64,000 nt of DNA from the human T2T-CHM13v2.0 reference genome, Homo sapiens: assembly GCF_009914755.1 (NCBI RefSeq), contig NC_060931.1; one strand, 5' to 3'. Numbering within the stretch: position 1 is the stretch's first letter; every line of letters starts with the position of its first letter. Positions 43,281 to 57,300 of the stretch are shown piece by piece. Below the pieces are notes generated by a model. It was given only the letters and a program-made list of their open reading frames with translations. It was not told where the DNA came from and searched no databases. Both the position numbers and the translations under genes were made by a program.

Positions 43281-45229
43281 CATAAAAATAAACTAAGATT
43301 AGACTTCATAGTAATTTTAGAGTAAAAACAAGCCCTATAATTAAGAAGAAAAGCTAGGATAATTTTAGTCTCACCAGTGACACATAATTTTAAATTAATA
43401 AAAATACCAATTAGTTCACAAGACATTCTAGTCAGTTTGAATTAAAAGACTAACTTAGATATATTAAATTTTTATTAATAACAAGCAGATAGAGTTCTTT
43501 TATTTACTGAATGAATCATAGGCAAGCAAATTATTTAAAATAGTTGAGGAATAATAGTGGTTAGCCAACTAGCATGTCTAATTTATGAATCACACTTCAT
43601 TTTTGAACAACAATGGCATAAAGAAGCAATATGGAATTCACGGCAATTACAGGCAGCAATTTACACTGAAGGAAATATAGCAAATAGCTAAAGGCATCAA
43701 GATATATTTAACTTTCTTATGAAGAATTTACATGGTTTGTATTATTTATCATATAAAATATAATTTGTTATCTAGAATGTATCAACTTCCCCTTCTGCCA
43801 TGTCACCTTTTATTAATATTTGTAAGAGAGAGGGGGCGGGAGGAAGAATCTCATGGACAGAGATAAATATATATATATATATAGAAAATTAAGGCGTTTT
43901 TGCTACCATTACCACGTTCTCCTTTTAAAAAAACTCCACTTTGATCTTAATCTTTCAAGCCATGCACATATCTAATACTGAAAAGCTACCTTGATTCTTA
44001 GAAGAAAAATGTTGCTGTCAAATGGCAGGCAAGATTAAACGCGCCTTTGCAATAGCACATTAAATGTGTAATTATTTTTCATATCAACAAAGATTAATTA
44101 AATTTCATGATATAGATTGATTACTGAATTTTGCAGCTGTCCATCTTTCTTAGAAAAAATTGTGCTTTAGGCCAACTTAACTTAGGATGGTGATATTTTC
44201 TTCATGCTTTCATCATCATTACCTTGATTTTTTGTTTAATTTTCTTTTAATGGTTACTATGGATAGTCTATGAAAGGTTTCTTTAGGATTCATTTGTCTC
44301 TACTCAGTAAGAAAGTTGAGTTTAGCACTAGATTTTTACCTGTACAGGGAAAATACCCAATACAGCTGGTGCATTCTTAAAATTTTATAATGTATAACAC
44401 TTATAAGTTATAATAGATGTTAATCATTATCTGTTACATGCTACTTCATTTTCTATGAAAATAAAAGTTCTCATCTATTTGCAAATACTTAAATATGGAG
44501 GCAGTTCTAGGCAAAACTGTAAAATATATAAAATATATCCTCAGTCCCCTCTCTCCTACTTTCCTTAACCCTGTCTTTTTTCCAGGGTGCCAATGCAAAC
44601 TTTCGTGTCCAAATCCTTCTGTCTTTCTCATCTCCTCATGATTAAAATATACTTCCAGGAAGTGAAGTGGAATGTTACTCCATTTATATGTGACTGTGAA
44701 TGTAAGCCACAGTATCAACTACTCTGATGGAATTTTAACTTTAAACCTTAATTTTAAGCTTTCCCCATCCTCCTCATCCCTTGATATTTTTAAAGGAATT
44801 TCAGTGAGTAGCTCAATAAGTTTTAGGAGTGGAAAGGATCTTTTAGACACACCTAAAATTGTACCACTAATGGTGTTACTATTCTGCCAACATTGAAAGA
44901 TAGCCCAGCTTCAAGTAAGACTTAAATCTGACAACGGATACTATATATGATGAAATCTATATACTAAAGAAAAATAGAAATGGCCTGAAGAAAGGGCTTT
45001 AAATAAACCCTAACACCCCATTTTTGCCAGAGACACTATACAGGCTAAAAAATTTCCTTGTATTCATTGCTTAACTATATTACATGTAAATCTTAATAAC
45101 ATATTGGTTATAAGATATATATAATATAATTTATTACAACATATTAAAATATATCACTAGTATTTATCAATAGCATTTATAATTTAGTGCCATATTCTAT
45201 TCCTGTGTAATAGTTTACATTATAGTTAA

Positions 45230-45550
<321 letters not shown>

Positions 45551-45816
45551 TACTTTTCTCTTGATGCTTATAAGCATCAAAATATTTCCCTTAGATCCAT
45601 ATTTAAAACTATGACAATAAATTCCTTCAAATGATCAGAAGTCAGTGGGACAAATGGATGGGTTGGCTTGGTAGTTTTTCACTGCAAGACACATCAATCT
45701 TTGTGCGCTCCATCTGTCAATGGAAAAATATCTAGAATTTTATACCACTTGAATTATGATTTCCCCAGGAGAAGATTTCACTCTACAACCATTTTTCCAA
45801 ATGCTTTCCAACATAC

Positions 45817-45978
45817 CTGGGCTCATGATAGCTGAGATATGAATAATGCTCCAGGAGTTTCCAAGTTATCCCATTATCATAAGAATAATGCAACAAAACT
45901 CCTTCACCAGGCTGATCAGGGGCTCTGCACGTGCTCAGAACAGATTTGCTCCCCAGTCTCAGTGTGAACTGGAGAAAC
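45817..45978 (-). CDS. RELN: Reelin exon 19 (162 nt): [53 protein letters not shown], Asp-box YSYDNGITW
   Basis: acceptor tctgtctag|G, donor CAG|gtatgt; ORF 45783..46037(-); phase 2-2. Confidence 0.97.
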
Positions 45979-46626
45979 CTAGACAGAAATTGTCTATAAT
46001 TAGTGTATGCATAAACATTTTTAATCATAATGTTCATTTTGGTCTTTAAAGAATTTCAAATTATGTTTCTACTCACCCCTCTTTTACAAAATGTTAAGTA
46101 ATTTCATTGTTAGATATATGAATATGTGTAGATATTTATGTACATGTTGATATACATATTTTATGTACAGATAGATCCATAAAAATATAACTGGATGTTT
46201 ATGCACACTTGTATACTATGTACTTGTGTACATACACTTAAAATGCCAATCACTTCTTTACTGCATTATTTATTAGACACTGGGGGAAGGGAAGTTGTAG
46301 AGTAAATCTAATCAGCCTCCTCAAGCTGTCAAATCAATAAAACTACATAAATAATTAACTAGCTCTTGGCTTAAGAACATAGTTTTGATGCTAACATTTC
46401 ATATTTTAAAAAACCTAGTCAGTCATTAATATCCAAGTCATTGGTGAGCCTCCTAATTTACTAAAAACTAGGGCAAATTAACTCTCAATAAACTGTAGGC
46501 TCCCTCCAACCCTAGTTAAAAATGAGATGTCTATCAGAAAAAATATAAGAAATAAAAATGGACAGTATAACTAAATTCAACATTAGTATCTGGTTTTTGT
46601 ATGTATTCTACCCTGCCTTCACTCAC

Positions 46627-46860
46627 CTGGATTGTGAGCTGTCAAGGAAAGATGTAATTAGCTGACGCCGCCCATCTTTGTTGAAAACCAGGGCCTTACC
46701 ACTGGCCAAGACACCACAACCAAAGCTGACTTCAGCACCACGGATAGAGTAAAAGTTATGGTAAGAGGAGAGCCTGGAACTGCCAAAGCTTTCAGAAATA
46801 AACATTGGGAATGTCTGGGATGCCATCTCACAAGCTGGGCCAGAAAATCCAGGGTCACAC
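46627..46860 (-). CDS. RELN: Reelin exon 18 (234 nt): [20 protein letters not shown]...[15 protein letters not shown]
   Basis: acceptor tttctttcag|G, donor CAG|gtgagt; ORF 46623..46826(-); phase 2-2. Confidence 0.97.
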
Positions 46861-49736
46861 CTGAAAGAAATATGGTGAAATTAAATCTTAAACTGTTGGC
46901 TGTTTCGGAGATTCTCGAATCTACTTTGGGGAGGAAGAAGTCCAGAGACTAGGATTTGATTGAATGGTAAATGAGGCTCATTAGTCTTTGGAGACTACTG
47001 AATCTAAAGACTTGATAAGGGCTAATCGACTGTAAATATTCCAGACAAATACAGTATTTGCACAGCCCTCCCATAAAAAGCCTACGATTAAAACAGTAAT
47101 TCAGCAATTTATCTAAAATACATCTATGTTCATACACATTTCCAACTTAGAATATCTGTAAAAGGTTTATGTATAATTTTATTCATAACACTCATTAAAT
47201 TTATAAAAGAAACAGCATAAAGCACTTCCAATAAGATACCCAGAATAAATTTTTTCTAAGAACAAATGTTAAAATACATGTTATGTTCGTGATAGGAATT
47301 AATTTAAATATTTAGAAACTATTGGAAAATGAATCTATCTTTAACTATTTCAGATGTATAAAGGGAATGTGTACACCCTTGACCTAGATAGATGTCCTTA
47401 GCAGAACTGTGTTGCCTCTCAGTGGACTCTCCCAAATTAGTGGCACTTCAAGAAAAACAAACCTTTCCCCACTCCCCAACAACCTGCTTGCTTCTATGTA
47501 AGAATGTGCTGTATTTATATTAGCTGACTAGAATATACAGGAGTGCCCCAAGTTTTCTATCAGTGAGAAAACCTCATCACAGATGAATCAGCAATGGAAA
47601 CATCTACGTTTTAAGGAGATTATTCATCAGGAAATAGTTTCAAATTATTTGTTTTTACTGTGCTATTTCCTTCTCACTACATTTATAATGTTGCTCAATT
47701 GGTATCTTTTTGAGTGGGGGATTCTCATGGGAGCATTCAAAGCTTGCTGAAGTCTGAAACAAGCCTTTACAAAGCAAGTGTACCAATGAAGTGATACTAT
47801 GGCATGACTCAGGATACTTCTTTGGCAGTACTACTGAGACTTGGGTCTATGCTGGCCTTTCAAGGAGTCCATGGAATGTAAAAATATGCTAAATCAAATG
47901 ACCAGTTTTATGTATATTGGATTTTCTGGGGAGAAGGTCCATAGGTTTTATCAGATTACCAAATAAGTTGGAGCCTAAAATGCTAAGAACTACTGTAGCA
48001 TGAAGTTTGAAGGTTGTCTTGGTATCTTAAGTAGCATCAATAAGGGGATGAAAGGAAAGCCAATATTTACTGGATGAGCCTTCTTTCACATGTTGTCTAA
48101 TGGACTTAGACTGAACTTAGACTGAATAGCCAAGTTGTTTCCAAAAAAGAATTTTTAAAATCAGCTAAATTGAACACATTTTAAAGTCAGGAAACTGAAT
48201 GTGTTTTACCACAGTCACGAATTGGAATTAATTTTCCTTAGCAAGACTATCTATTCCAGAGTGCATTTTAGGGCAATTACATTTTTGTGTATCTTAAATG
48301 TGTCTTCTCAGGACAAGTGACTGGGAGAAACTGGTGATCGTTTAGAGATGACTCACATTGGAGTCACTTTCCATTTAGTCGTTTTAAAAGTCTACTTTTA
48401 ATCAAAGGTTATTCAATTGAGATATAATGCTGATAAAGATAAAGTAGTTTTTTAAAAATATTTTTTAAAAAAAAACAAAAAACTTTGTAGTCTTTGTTTC
48501 TCAGCAAAACAACAAGGTCACACACATTGGTGATTTCGGGTATGACACGAGGCTCTCCTGACTCCCAATATGTCTGCTACTAATCCATCTACACATGCTT
48601 AAATTTAGCGGTATAGTCACCCTGTAATGTCAGGAAAATCACCCCACTGTTAAGCTACATGGATGACACTCGTGAAGAAAGGGGTTCTAATGCTCTGTCT
48701 CCTCATTAGCATCTCTAACAGGGTTGGGCTTATCAGGTTAGTAGTGTGTCCATTTAGAGAACCAGGCCTGGGATTGTACACAGGCCAGAAAGTGTTAGAG
48801 GGAACATGAGAGAGTAGAATCTTGATAGCAAATAGCAGTAAAACACGGGGGAGAGGTGGAGTAAAGAGGAGAGAAAAATATAAAGTTGCAAAGGTCCCAG
48901 ATTCAATGATTTGTTTAAAGGAAGTAAGTGGTATTACATATACATTTCTTTTCTGTGTGATTTTGCTCAAATTCAATAAGGTACACATTGCTGGAAAAGG
49001 AGGTAGTAGTCAAACTTTTAGCCCAGCCGTAAGCGAACAAAGCCAATGAATATTACATAAAACATTGTTAGAAATAGGGAAAAACACTAAAGTTCTAAAT
49101 GGTGAAAATATTCCATAAAACCTCAGAAGGAGGAAAAGACTATGACTATTCGGAATAATGGATGGTGTCAAAAAAGAACAATGTCCAAAAGCATAAAGCT
49201 ACCATTTAGATTTGTTTGTATCCACCATGGGTGGCATAGATGGTAGCCTTAATGAAACCACTTAATTCTAAGAGGAATATGATACACATAAAATGAAGTC
49301 TGAAGTATAACTACTGTAATTATGGATAGGTCTTTTTAGAAATGCCACTTTCTATTTTTTGAAAATAAAAGTTGTCATTCTAGGTAATTTTTTTCCCCAA
49401 AACTTTTTAGGACAACATCAGGATTTGCAAAACTATCTGGCCTCATGTTAATTTTATTTGAAATACACTAAGAAGATGGTCTGATTATGGATAATGGATG
49501 CACATAACAACTTGAGGAAGATATCAGCCAATGTTTCATAGATCTACTGACCAGTGTTTTGGAATGGGAGTTGGTAGTTTTACTAGAAAACACAGGAATG
49601 CATATTCAGTTTGGAAATATAGATGGAAGCTTTTCAATTCTTCACATACTTTATAAAAAATTTCCATTGGGAAAAGTGATCTCTTTGTTAACTAAATTCA
49701 CTGAAATATAGTTAGAAAGTTAAAAAGCCACACTAA

Positions 49737-50091
<355 letters not shown>

Positions 50092-50935
50092 TACAATTTC
50101 TAAATGATCCAGGTTCAAAGCTCTTTTATGAGTTCTCTACTCATTAACTAATTAGCTAATTGATTAATTACTCTTTTTGTTGGAGGGACAAGAAAAAGTA
50201 GACTAGATGATCAGCTGTTGAACACTTATCTTTATTACAGATTGCCTGTGGTTTTGGGAATTCCCAGAATATTTTATAATTAAATATTAATGTAAGAATG
50301 ACATAATAAATGTGAATATCCATTTTTTGGTATAAACATAAAATAATTCATTGGTGGTAATTAGATATTACATTATTAATGTATAATTTCAGACTTTATA
50401 TTCAACAGCATTGTTTTGTAAAATACTTTATAATTTATTAAAGACTCAAATGATTTTCAAAAGTAAACAAGACGCTTAAGTTATATTTAAAGATGATGAA
50501 TTTGCTTATCAAATCTGCTAAATTTGGTCCAGTCCAGTTTCCTTTAGCATTGGATCTATGGGTCATTACTGATTTTTACAATCATTTACAAAGCATGCTA
50601 GGAATTACAATGTGACTCATGAACACCCGAACAAGTTTATGGAAAAGGATGTAACTACAGGCAGGAAAGGCAGCCATCAAGCTGTGAGGAATTCCAATTT
50701 GTTCACAAATTCACATGAGGAATGCTAAATTTGTCCACAATTTAGCCTAATATAAAATGTATTAATTTTCACTTAAAAATACATTTGAATTACACTTAAG
50801 TTCTAATAGAAATATCCAACTTTTTGTCTTAAAAAGATCCCCGATCCTAAAAAAGGTTATTAAATGACTTGCGACTTCAACACATACATTACACATCAAA
50901 AAGGAGAAGCATAAGTGTTATTTTAAGATGCTTAC

Positions 50936-51002
50936 TTGCAACCATGTCTAGTGCACTGTCCTCTGCCAGAACAGAATTTGAGACATGACGGGCCAATATA
51001 AA
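50936..51002 (-). CDS. RELN: Reelin exon 17 (67 nt): [21 protein letters not shown], first half of EGF-like module of repeat 1
   Basis: acceptor ccctcccacag|TT, donor CAA|gtaagc; Cys spacing of the EGF module; phase 1-2. Confidence 0.96.
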
Positions 51003-53969
51003 CTGTGGGAGGGAAAAAGAGAACATAATTACAAAAACATAGAACACTACCAGTACAATTTTGTGAAGTAATACTCATGAAATATGGCCCCTTGTGTGTA
51101 TGTTGTGTGCAGGAACCCAGGGTGACATATGGAATGCTGTGTAATAAGGTAAGTGCTTAGTTACAAAGCTGCTGAAACAGTCACAAGTTATACAGATAAT
51201 CCTTTTAAGATTTTAACATTTCATATCAAAGAAGATAGGAGCTTATGATTTGAATTCTTAATAGAGTCTATTAGACAATATTAGCGCTTCTGCCTTGAAC
51301 ATTCTACAAAGTTTATTTTCATTAGGTAGAAAAAAAATATTTAAAAAGGACCAATCTGATATATCACAATATGGAGAAGTCACCCCATAATTTTCATTTC
51401 TATCAGGGGAAAATCTATAACACTGTGGATGACCGTTACATATATTTCTAAATATTAATCTATCCTTCCTGGAAATGAGGAGTTAAGAATATGTTGTTGA
51501 GCCTAAAGGCTACTGATTGTTGAATGGTCGGTTCTGAGATACTCAGACTCCAATACACTTAAATATTATTAATTCTTTTGTTAATCAGCAAAATTAACAA
51601 TATACCAAATGGTGTAAAAGTGGTATTAAACTAATGAGAAATTCAAGATGCAATAAAACCTCATGTGTTCCATTTTTTAGGCATAAGCAAATTTATAATC
51701 TGTTGTCATTTTCTTCTCTGTCCTGTAGTCATTTCAAAGTATTTACATAATTTTATTGTAAAATAAACTTTCCTGTAGCCTATGCTCCTATAAGCACTTA
51801 ATACCTGCCAATTAACAGGTGGAGTAATTCAAATTCAATGAATTGTAGGCCAATGGAAAGATCTTGGTGATGGAAACTGCTGGTTTAGGAAGAGATTAGA
51901 TAGCAGGCTGAGTCATTAAAGATATTGTTTCAGGTGTCAGATAATCCTGGCTTCAAATTCTGGCTTCACTCAGGAAATTCTGATAAGTAATTTATCCTGT
52001 CTAACCCTCAATATTCCTATTCCTTAAAGTGGGATAATAATACTCCTTGGAGGAAATAATTAAAGAAACATATTATGCTTAGCATGGTACCCAGCACTAC
52101 ATGGTTATAATCAGCACCATACTGAGGTCAAGTATTCCTTGACACCCTCCTGTCCTGTTGCTTTGATGTGCTCCACTGTGCACCAAGGAACAAGAAAGGG
52201 GCTGGCTCCATTCTTCTTCAGCCTGGAAAAGCATATGGATTGTTTTCCCAGCACACTTGATTTTATGGCTGAAGGAAGATATGCTCTAAGAGATAGGGCA
52301 CCCAGGTCATAGTTCAAAAAGCCTCCATCATGAAAAATTCAACAATAAATTAAGACATTCCAAGTCAATGAAAAAAGTTGCAATTAAGAATTTTATTGTC
52401 ATCTCTTCCTGCTAATTATGAAGCCATTAGGACTCATAACAGGCTTCTTTTTTCCTAAGAGTGTGAATAGGATAGAATAGCTTTCTTCACTATTATCGGT
52501 AATATAGTCAAGTTGAAAAAATTTTTAAAATGACAAGAAATGTACTTTGCTTTAGGACTTTCCATTTGGCTAAGATTTTCAGGGTGATTTCCAAAGTAAT
52601 TTCTTTACACACTAGCAGAAGTTGACTCTGCCATGAAGGAAGACTATACCTAACAGAATTATGATATTGATATGTTTTTCTCTATTTTTTTCTGTGACAT
52701 AATTCTAGAATTACATAGTGAAATGGGAGAGATTTCATAGTGTTTTTTTTTTTTTTTTTGGCAAGTAAGCACAAATTTCTCTTGGGAAGGAGTATGTGTC
52801 CTTTTCTTCCCTTGTAAAAGAAGCCAAAGAGTGGGTCCTGTTTCTGTGAAAACCTCACATAGAATGATAACAGAATTAAAGAGATTCTGCACCAGGTTTT
52901 GCATTCAACATACCTTGCTAACCATGTGCATTCCATATATCTTTACCCTTTCCCATTTTACTCAAAGCATGATTCCACTCAAAGCATGGGAACTCAGAGG
53001 ATGTGTAGTGAACACTTTCTGAACTAAAATTGTGTTGTAACAGCCTTCTTTAGGAAATTGAAACATTCTTTTCATAGGCTTACATGTGCTTCATTGCACT
53101 CTTAATTTTCTCATATACTTTTTCATTATTGGTTTCTAAACCACTTTGATGATTATCAAAGTAATAAAGGTTCATTATAGAATCCTTAAAAAGTGTGACA
53201 GCAAGAAAAAGTCACTCGTATTCTGCTATCTAGAGGCAAATGCCTACTCCCTAGAGCTAATGAACAGGTGCAATACTTAAAATGCTACGCAAAATGTTCT
53301 ACCAATGAAAAAACTCCATTTTAACCCCTTCATCTTTAGATGTTTTTGCAAATTCACTATGTTTATATCCATATAACTCATAAGGTCTTTGAGGGTGGGC
53401 TTTCCATTCGTCTGCTTTTTGGATAAATATTGGGAAATAATTCATATTGGTTCATCAGCAAATTATCTTGTCTAAAGTTTTTCTCCAGTTTCAAGAATTT
53501 GGTCATTTCTCAATGTCTAAATTATTAAAAAATAACAGACCTGATTAAGACATGGAAAATCAACATTAAACAAGGGTGTGCATTTTCTCCATTTTATAAA
53601 ATTGACCTCAAATCAGTGGCTATGCTAAATTTGCTTAGCTATTGACATTTTGTCCCTTCTCCTCTCTTTCTCCCTTTCTACTTACTTGTAGTATAAGCCT
53701 TCAGCCAACTTATATGCTCTCTGAAAATAGGAATGCTATTAATCTACCTGTAATTAAAATAAGAAACCGAACAATCAGGCAGGGATTCACCATCTTGTAT
53801 CATGGCTTCCCAAAACTACAGCTTCTGTTTGTAAGTCCTTATTAAGGGTGTCTTCCTAAGAAACTGAATTTGTCAGCCTCCTTCTTTGGACTCTCAGCTT
53901 CCATGGTCTTTGGGGAGATGAGATCTTGCTATGTTGTCCTGGAGTACAGCAGCTATTCATAGCTAATCT

Positions 53970-54024
53970 TAACTAACCTGCACATTGTGCACATGTACCC
54001 TAAAACTTAAAGTATTAAAAAAAA
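53970..54024 (+). mobile_element. Ultra-short young L1PA (PA2/PA3-like) 3' terminus with short poly(A)
   Basis: taactaacctgcacattgtgcacatgtaccctaaaacttaaagtattaaaaaaaa. Confidence 0.88.
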
Positions 54025-54186
54025 GATTAGCATGAGAAAAATGTCTAATTATCTGTAAAGAAAATTCCATCAGACTAACAGTGGAATTCTTGTTAGAAAC
54101 CTTATAAGCCAGAAGAGATTGGGATCCTATTTTTAGGTTTCTAAAGAAAAAAACTGTTAACCATGAATTCTGTATTCTATTAGAAT
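54025..54186 (+). repeat. 162-bp copy of the neighbouring L1 ORF1 segment 55259-55420
   Basis: 7 mismatches in 162 bp by manual alignment; near-identical peptides in ORFs 53969..54280 and 55209..55430. Confidence 0.93.
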
Positions 54187-54309
54187 ACATAGATGAGATC
54201 ATAGTACACAGTAGCCACAAACTCCTGAAATCAAGTGATCCTTTTGCTTCTGCTTCCTGAGTAGCTGGGAATACAGGCATGTGCCATGCCTGACTACCAA
54301 AAACATTTA

Positions 54310-57300
54310 AAAAGAGTAGGTTGAAAATTATTGCCTCTTCATGCCCAGTACATCACTACTACAATCAGCATTTGATAAAGCCACTACACTAAGGATATCT
54401 ATAACCAATGAACTCATAGAGAGTCTTTGCCACTGAATGCTCAAGAACCAAGGCCAAATGACCCTACACAGCATACATTATAGTCACATCCTCAAGAGAA
54501 AAAAAATTCCATCCAAATGAAAGTAAATTAAAAAAAATAATGAGATAGTTTCTTGAGATGAGAAGGAAGCAGCAGAACAATTCTGGAAGCATGCAAAAAC
54601 AGAGTGTTAAAAAATCATACTAATTCTGTAAAATGGATCCTAACCAAAATGAAATCCTTGAAATACCAGATAAAGAATTCAAAATATTAATTTTAAATAA
54701 TCTCAATGAGATCCAAGAGAAAGGTAAAAGCTAACACAAAAACATCAGACAATCAATTCAGGATATGAATGACAAATTTACCAAAGATATAAGTATGTCT
54801 TTTTTTTTTTTTTTAGAAAACCCAAACCCCAAACAAAACTTTTAGAAATGAAAAATTCATTGAAGGAATTACAAAACATAGTTGAAAGTTTTAACAATAG
54901 ACTAGACCAAGCAGAAGAAATAATCTCAGAGCTCGAATACAGGTTTTTCAAGCTAACACAGTCAGACTGAAAGAAAGAACAAGAATTTTAAAAATGAACA
55001 AAGACTTTGAGAAATAAGAGATTATGTAAAATGTCCAAACCTATGAGTCAAAGGTATTACCGAGGGAGAAGAAAAGCAAAAACTCTGGAAAGTCTATTTG
55101 AGGAAGTAATTGAGGAAAACATCCCTAAAGACTTGCTAAAGATTTAGACATCCAGATTTAAGAGGCTCACAGAACTCCAGAAAAATACATTGTAAGGATG
55201 TCACCAAGTTATATAGTCATCAGACTATCTAGAGACAGTGTGAAGGAAAAAATCTTAAGATTAGCATGGGAAAAATATCTAATTATCTGTAAAGAAAATT
55301 CCATCAGACTAACAGTGGAATTCTTAATAGAAACCTTATAAGCCAGAAGAGATTGGGATCCTATTTTTAGGTTTCTAAAGAAAAAAACTATTAACCAGGA
55401 ATTTTGTATTCTATTAGAATTAAGCTTCATAAATGAAGAAGAAATAGTCTTTCCCAGGCAAGCAAATGCTAAGGGAATTCATTACCACTAGACCAATCCC
55501 ACAAGAAATGCTAAGGGAGTTCTAAACATAGAAATTAAAGATCAATACTCACCATCCTAAAAACAAATGACAGTATAAAACTCACAGGTCTTATAAAACA
55601 TTTACACTAATGAGACTGCAAAGCAACAAGATAACAACTAACATTATAACAGGAATAAAAACTCACATGTCAATATAGTTCTTGAACAGAAATGGATTAA
55701 ATTCTCCATTTAAAAGATACAGATTGGCAGAATGGATTAAAAAACACAATCCAACCATATACTGCTTACAAAAAATCCCACCTAACTGGTAAAGACACTT
55801 ACAGACTAAAGATAAAGGGATGGAAAAACATATTCCAAACAAACAGAAACCAAAAATGAACAGAAACAGCTATACTTATCTAAGATAAAACAGACTTTAA
55901 ATCAACAAGAAAAAAATAAGACAAACATTATAAAATGATAAAAGGATCAATTCAACAAGAAGATATAGTAGCAATCCTAAATACATATGCACCCAACACT
56001 GGAACGTACAGATTCACAGAACAAATACTACTAGACCTAAGAAAATAGATGGGGTGCAATATATACAATAATAGTAAGAGACTTCAACATGCCACTGACA
56101 GCACCATACAGATCACTGAGACAGAAATTCAACAAATAAACACTGGACTTAAATTGGACTTTAGGACAAATGAACCTAACAGACATTTACAGAATATTCT
56201 ACCAAACAACCACAGAATATACATTTTTCTCATGAGTGCATGAAAGATTCTCCAGGACAGGCCATATGTTAGGCCACAACACAAGTCTCAATAAATTTTA
56301 AAAAATCAAAATCATATCAAATACCTTCTCAAATGACAGTAGAATAAAACTAGAAATTAATTCTAAGGGAAACTCTTAAATTACACAAATACATGAAAAT
56401 TAAACAACCTGCTCCTGAATGATCTTTGAGTTAATGACAAAATGAACACAGAAATTAAAAAAAATTTTGAAATGAGTGAAAATAGAGACATAACAAAACT
56501 TCTAAGATATAGCAAAAGCAGTGCTAAGAGAGAAGGCTATAACCTTAAATTCCTACATAAAAAATAGATCACAAAGTAACAACATAATATTGCACCTCAG
56601 GGAACTAGAAAAACAAGAATGAACCAAATCCAAAGCTATCAGAAGAAAATAAATAATGAAGATCAGAGCAGAACTAAATGAAATAGAGATCAAAAAAAAT
56701 TCAAAGAATCAACCATATGAAAAAGTTGTTCTTTTAAAAGGTGAACCAAGTTGACCAATCACTAGCTAGACTAACCAAGAAGAGAAGAGAGAATATTCAA
56801 ATAAGCAGAATAAAAAATGAAAAAGGAGACATTACAACTGCTACCACAAAAATACAGGAGATAATCAGTGATTACTGTAAACATCTTTATGTGCACAATC
56901 CAGAAAACCTAGAGAAAATGGATGCATTCCTGGAAACATACCTCCTCCTAAGATTGAAGCAGGAAGAAATAGAAATCCGGAAAAGAAAAATAACAAGTAG
57001 TGACACTGAATCAGTAATAAAAAATCTCCCAACAAATAAAAGCTCTCAGGACGAGACTAATTCACAGCTGAATTCTGCAAGATGCACAAAGAAAATCTTG
57101 TACCAATCCTGCTAAAACTGTTCCAAAAACTGAGGAGGGAATCCTTCATAACTCATTCTATGAAGTCAGTATAAACCTGATACCAAAGCCAGGCAAGGAC
57201 ACAACAAAAAAGGAAAACTGCAGATCAATATCCCTTATGAACATAGATGCAAAAATCCTTAACAAAATATTAGCAAACTGAATCCAACAGCACATCTAAA

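Larger units (their letters stand above)
53914..54296 (-). mobile_element. FAM (fossil Alu monomer) split by an insertion at 53963-54187
   Basis: gagatgagatcttgctatgttg...gctattcatag | atgagatcatagtacac...gagtagctgggaatacagg matches the FAM/7SL-derived ctattcacaggcgcgatcatagc pattern. Confidence 0.8.

Noticed and set aside
46854-46862. TCACACCT T-box (TBR1-type) motifs at the exon 18 and exon 24 acceptors
   Set aside because: Fully explained by acceptor AG|G plus Cys-Asp codons (TGT GAC).
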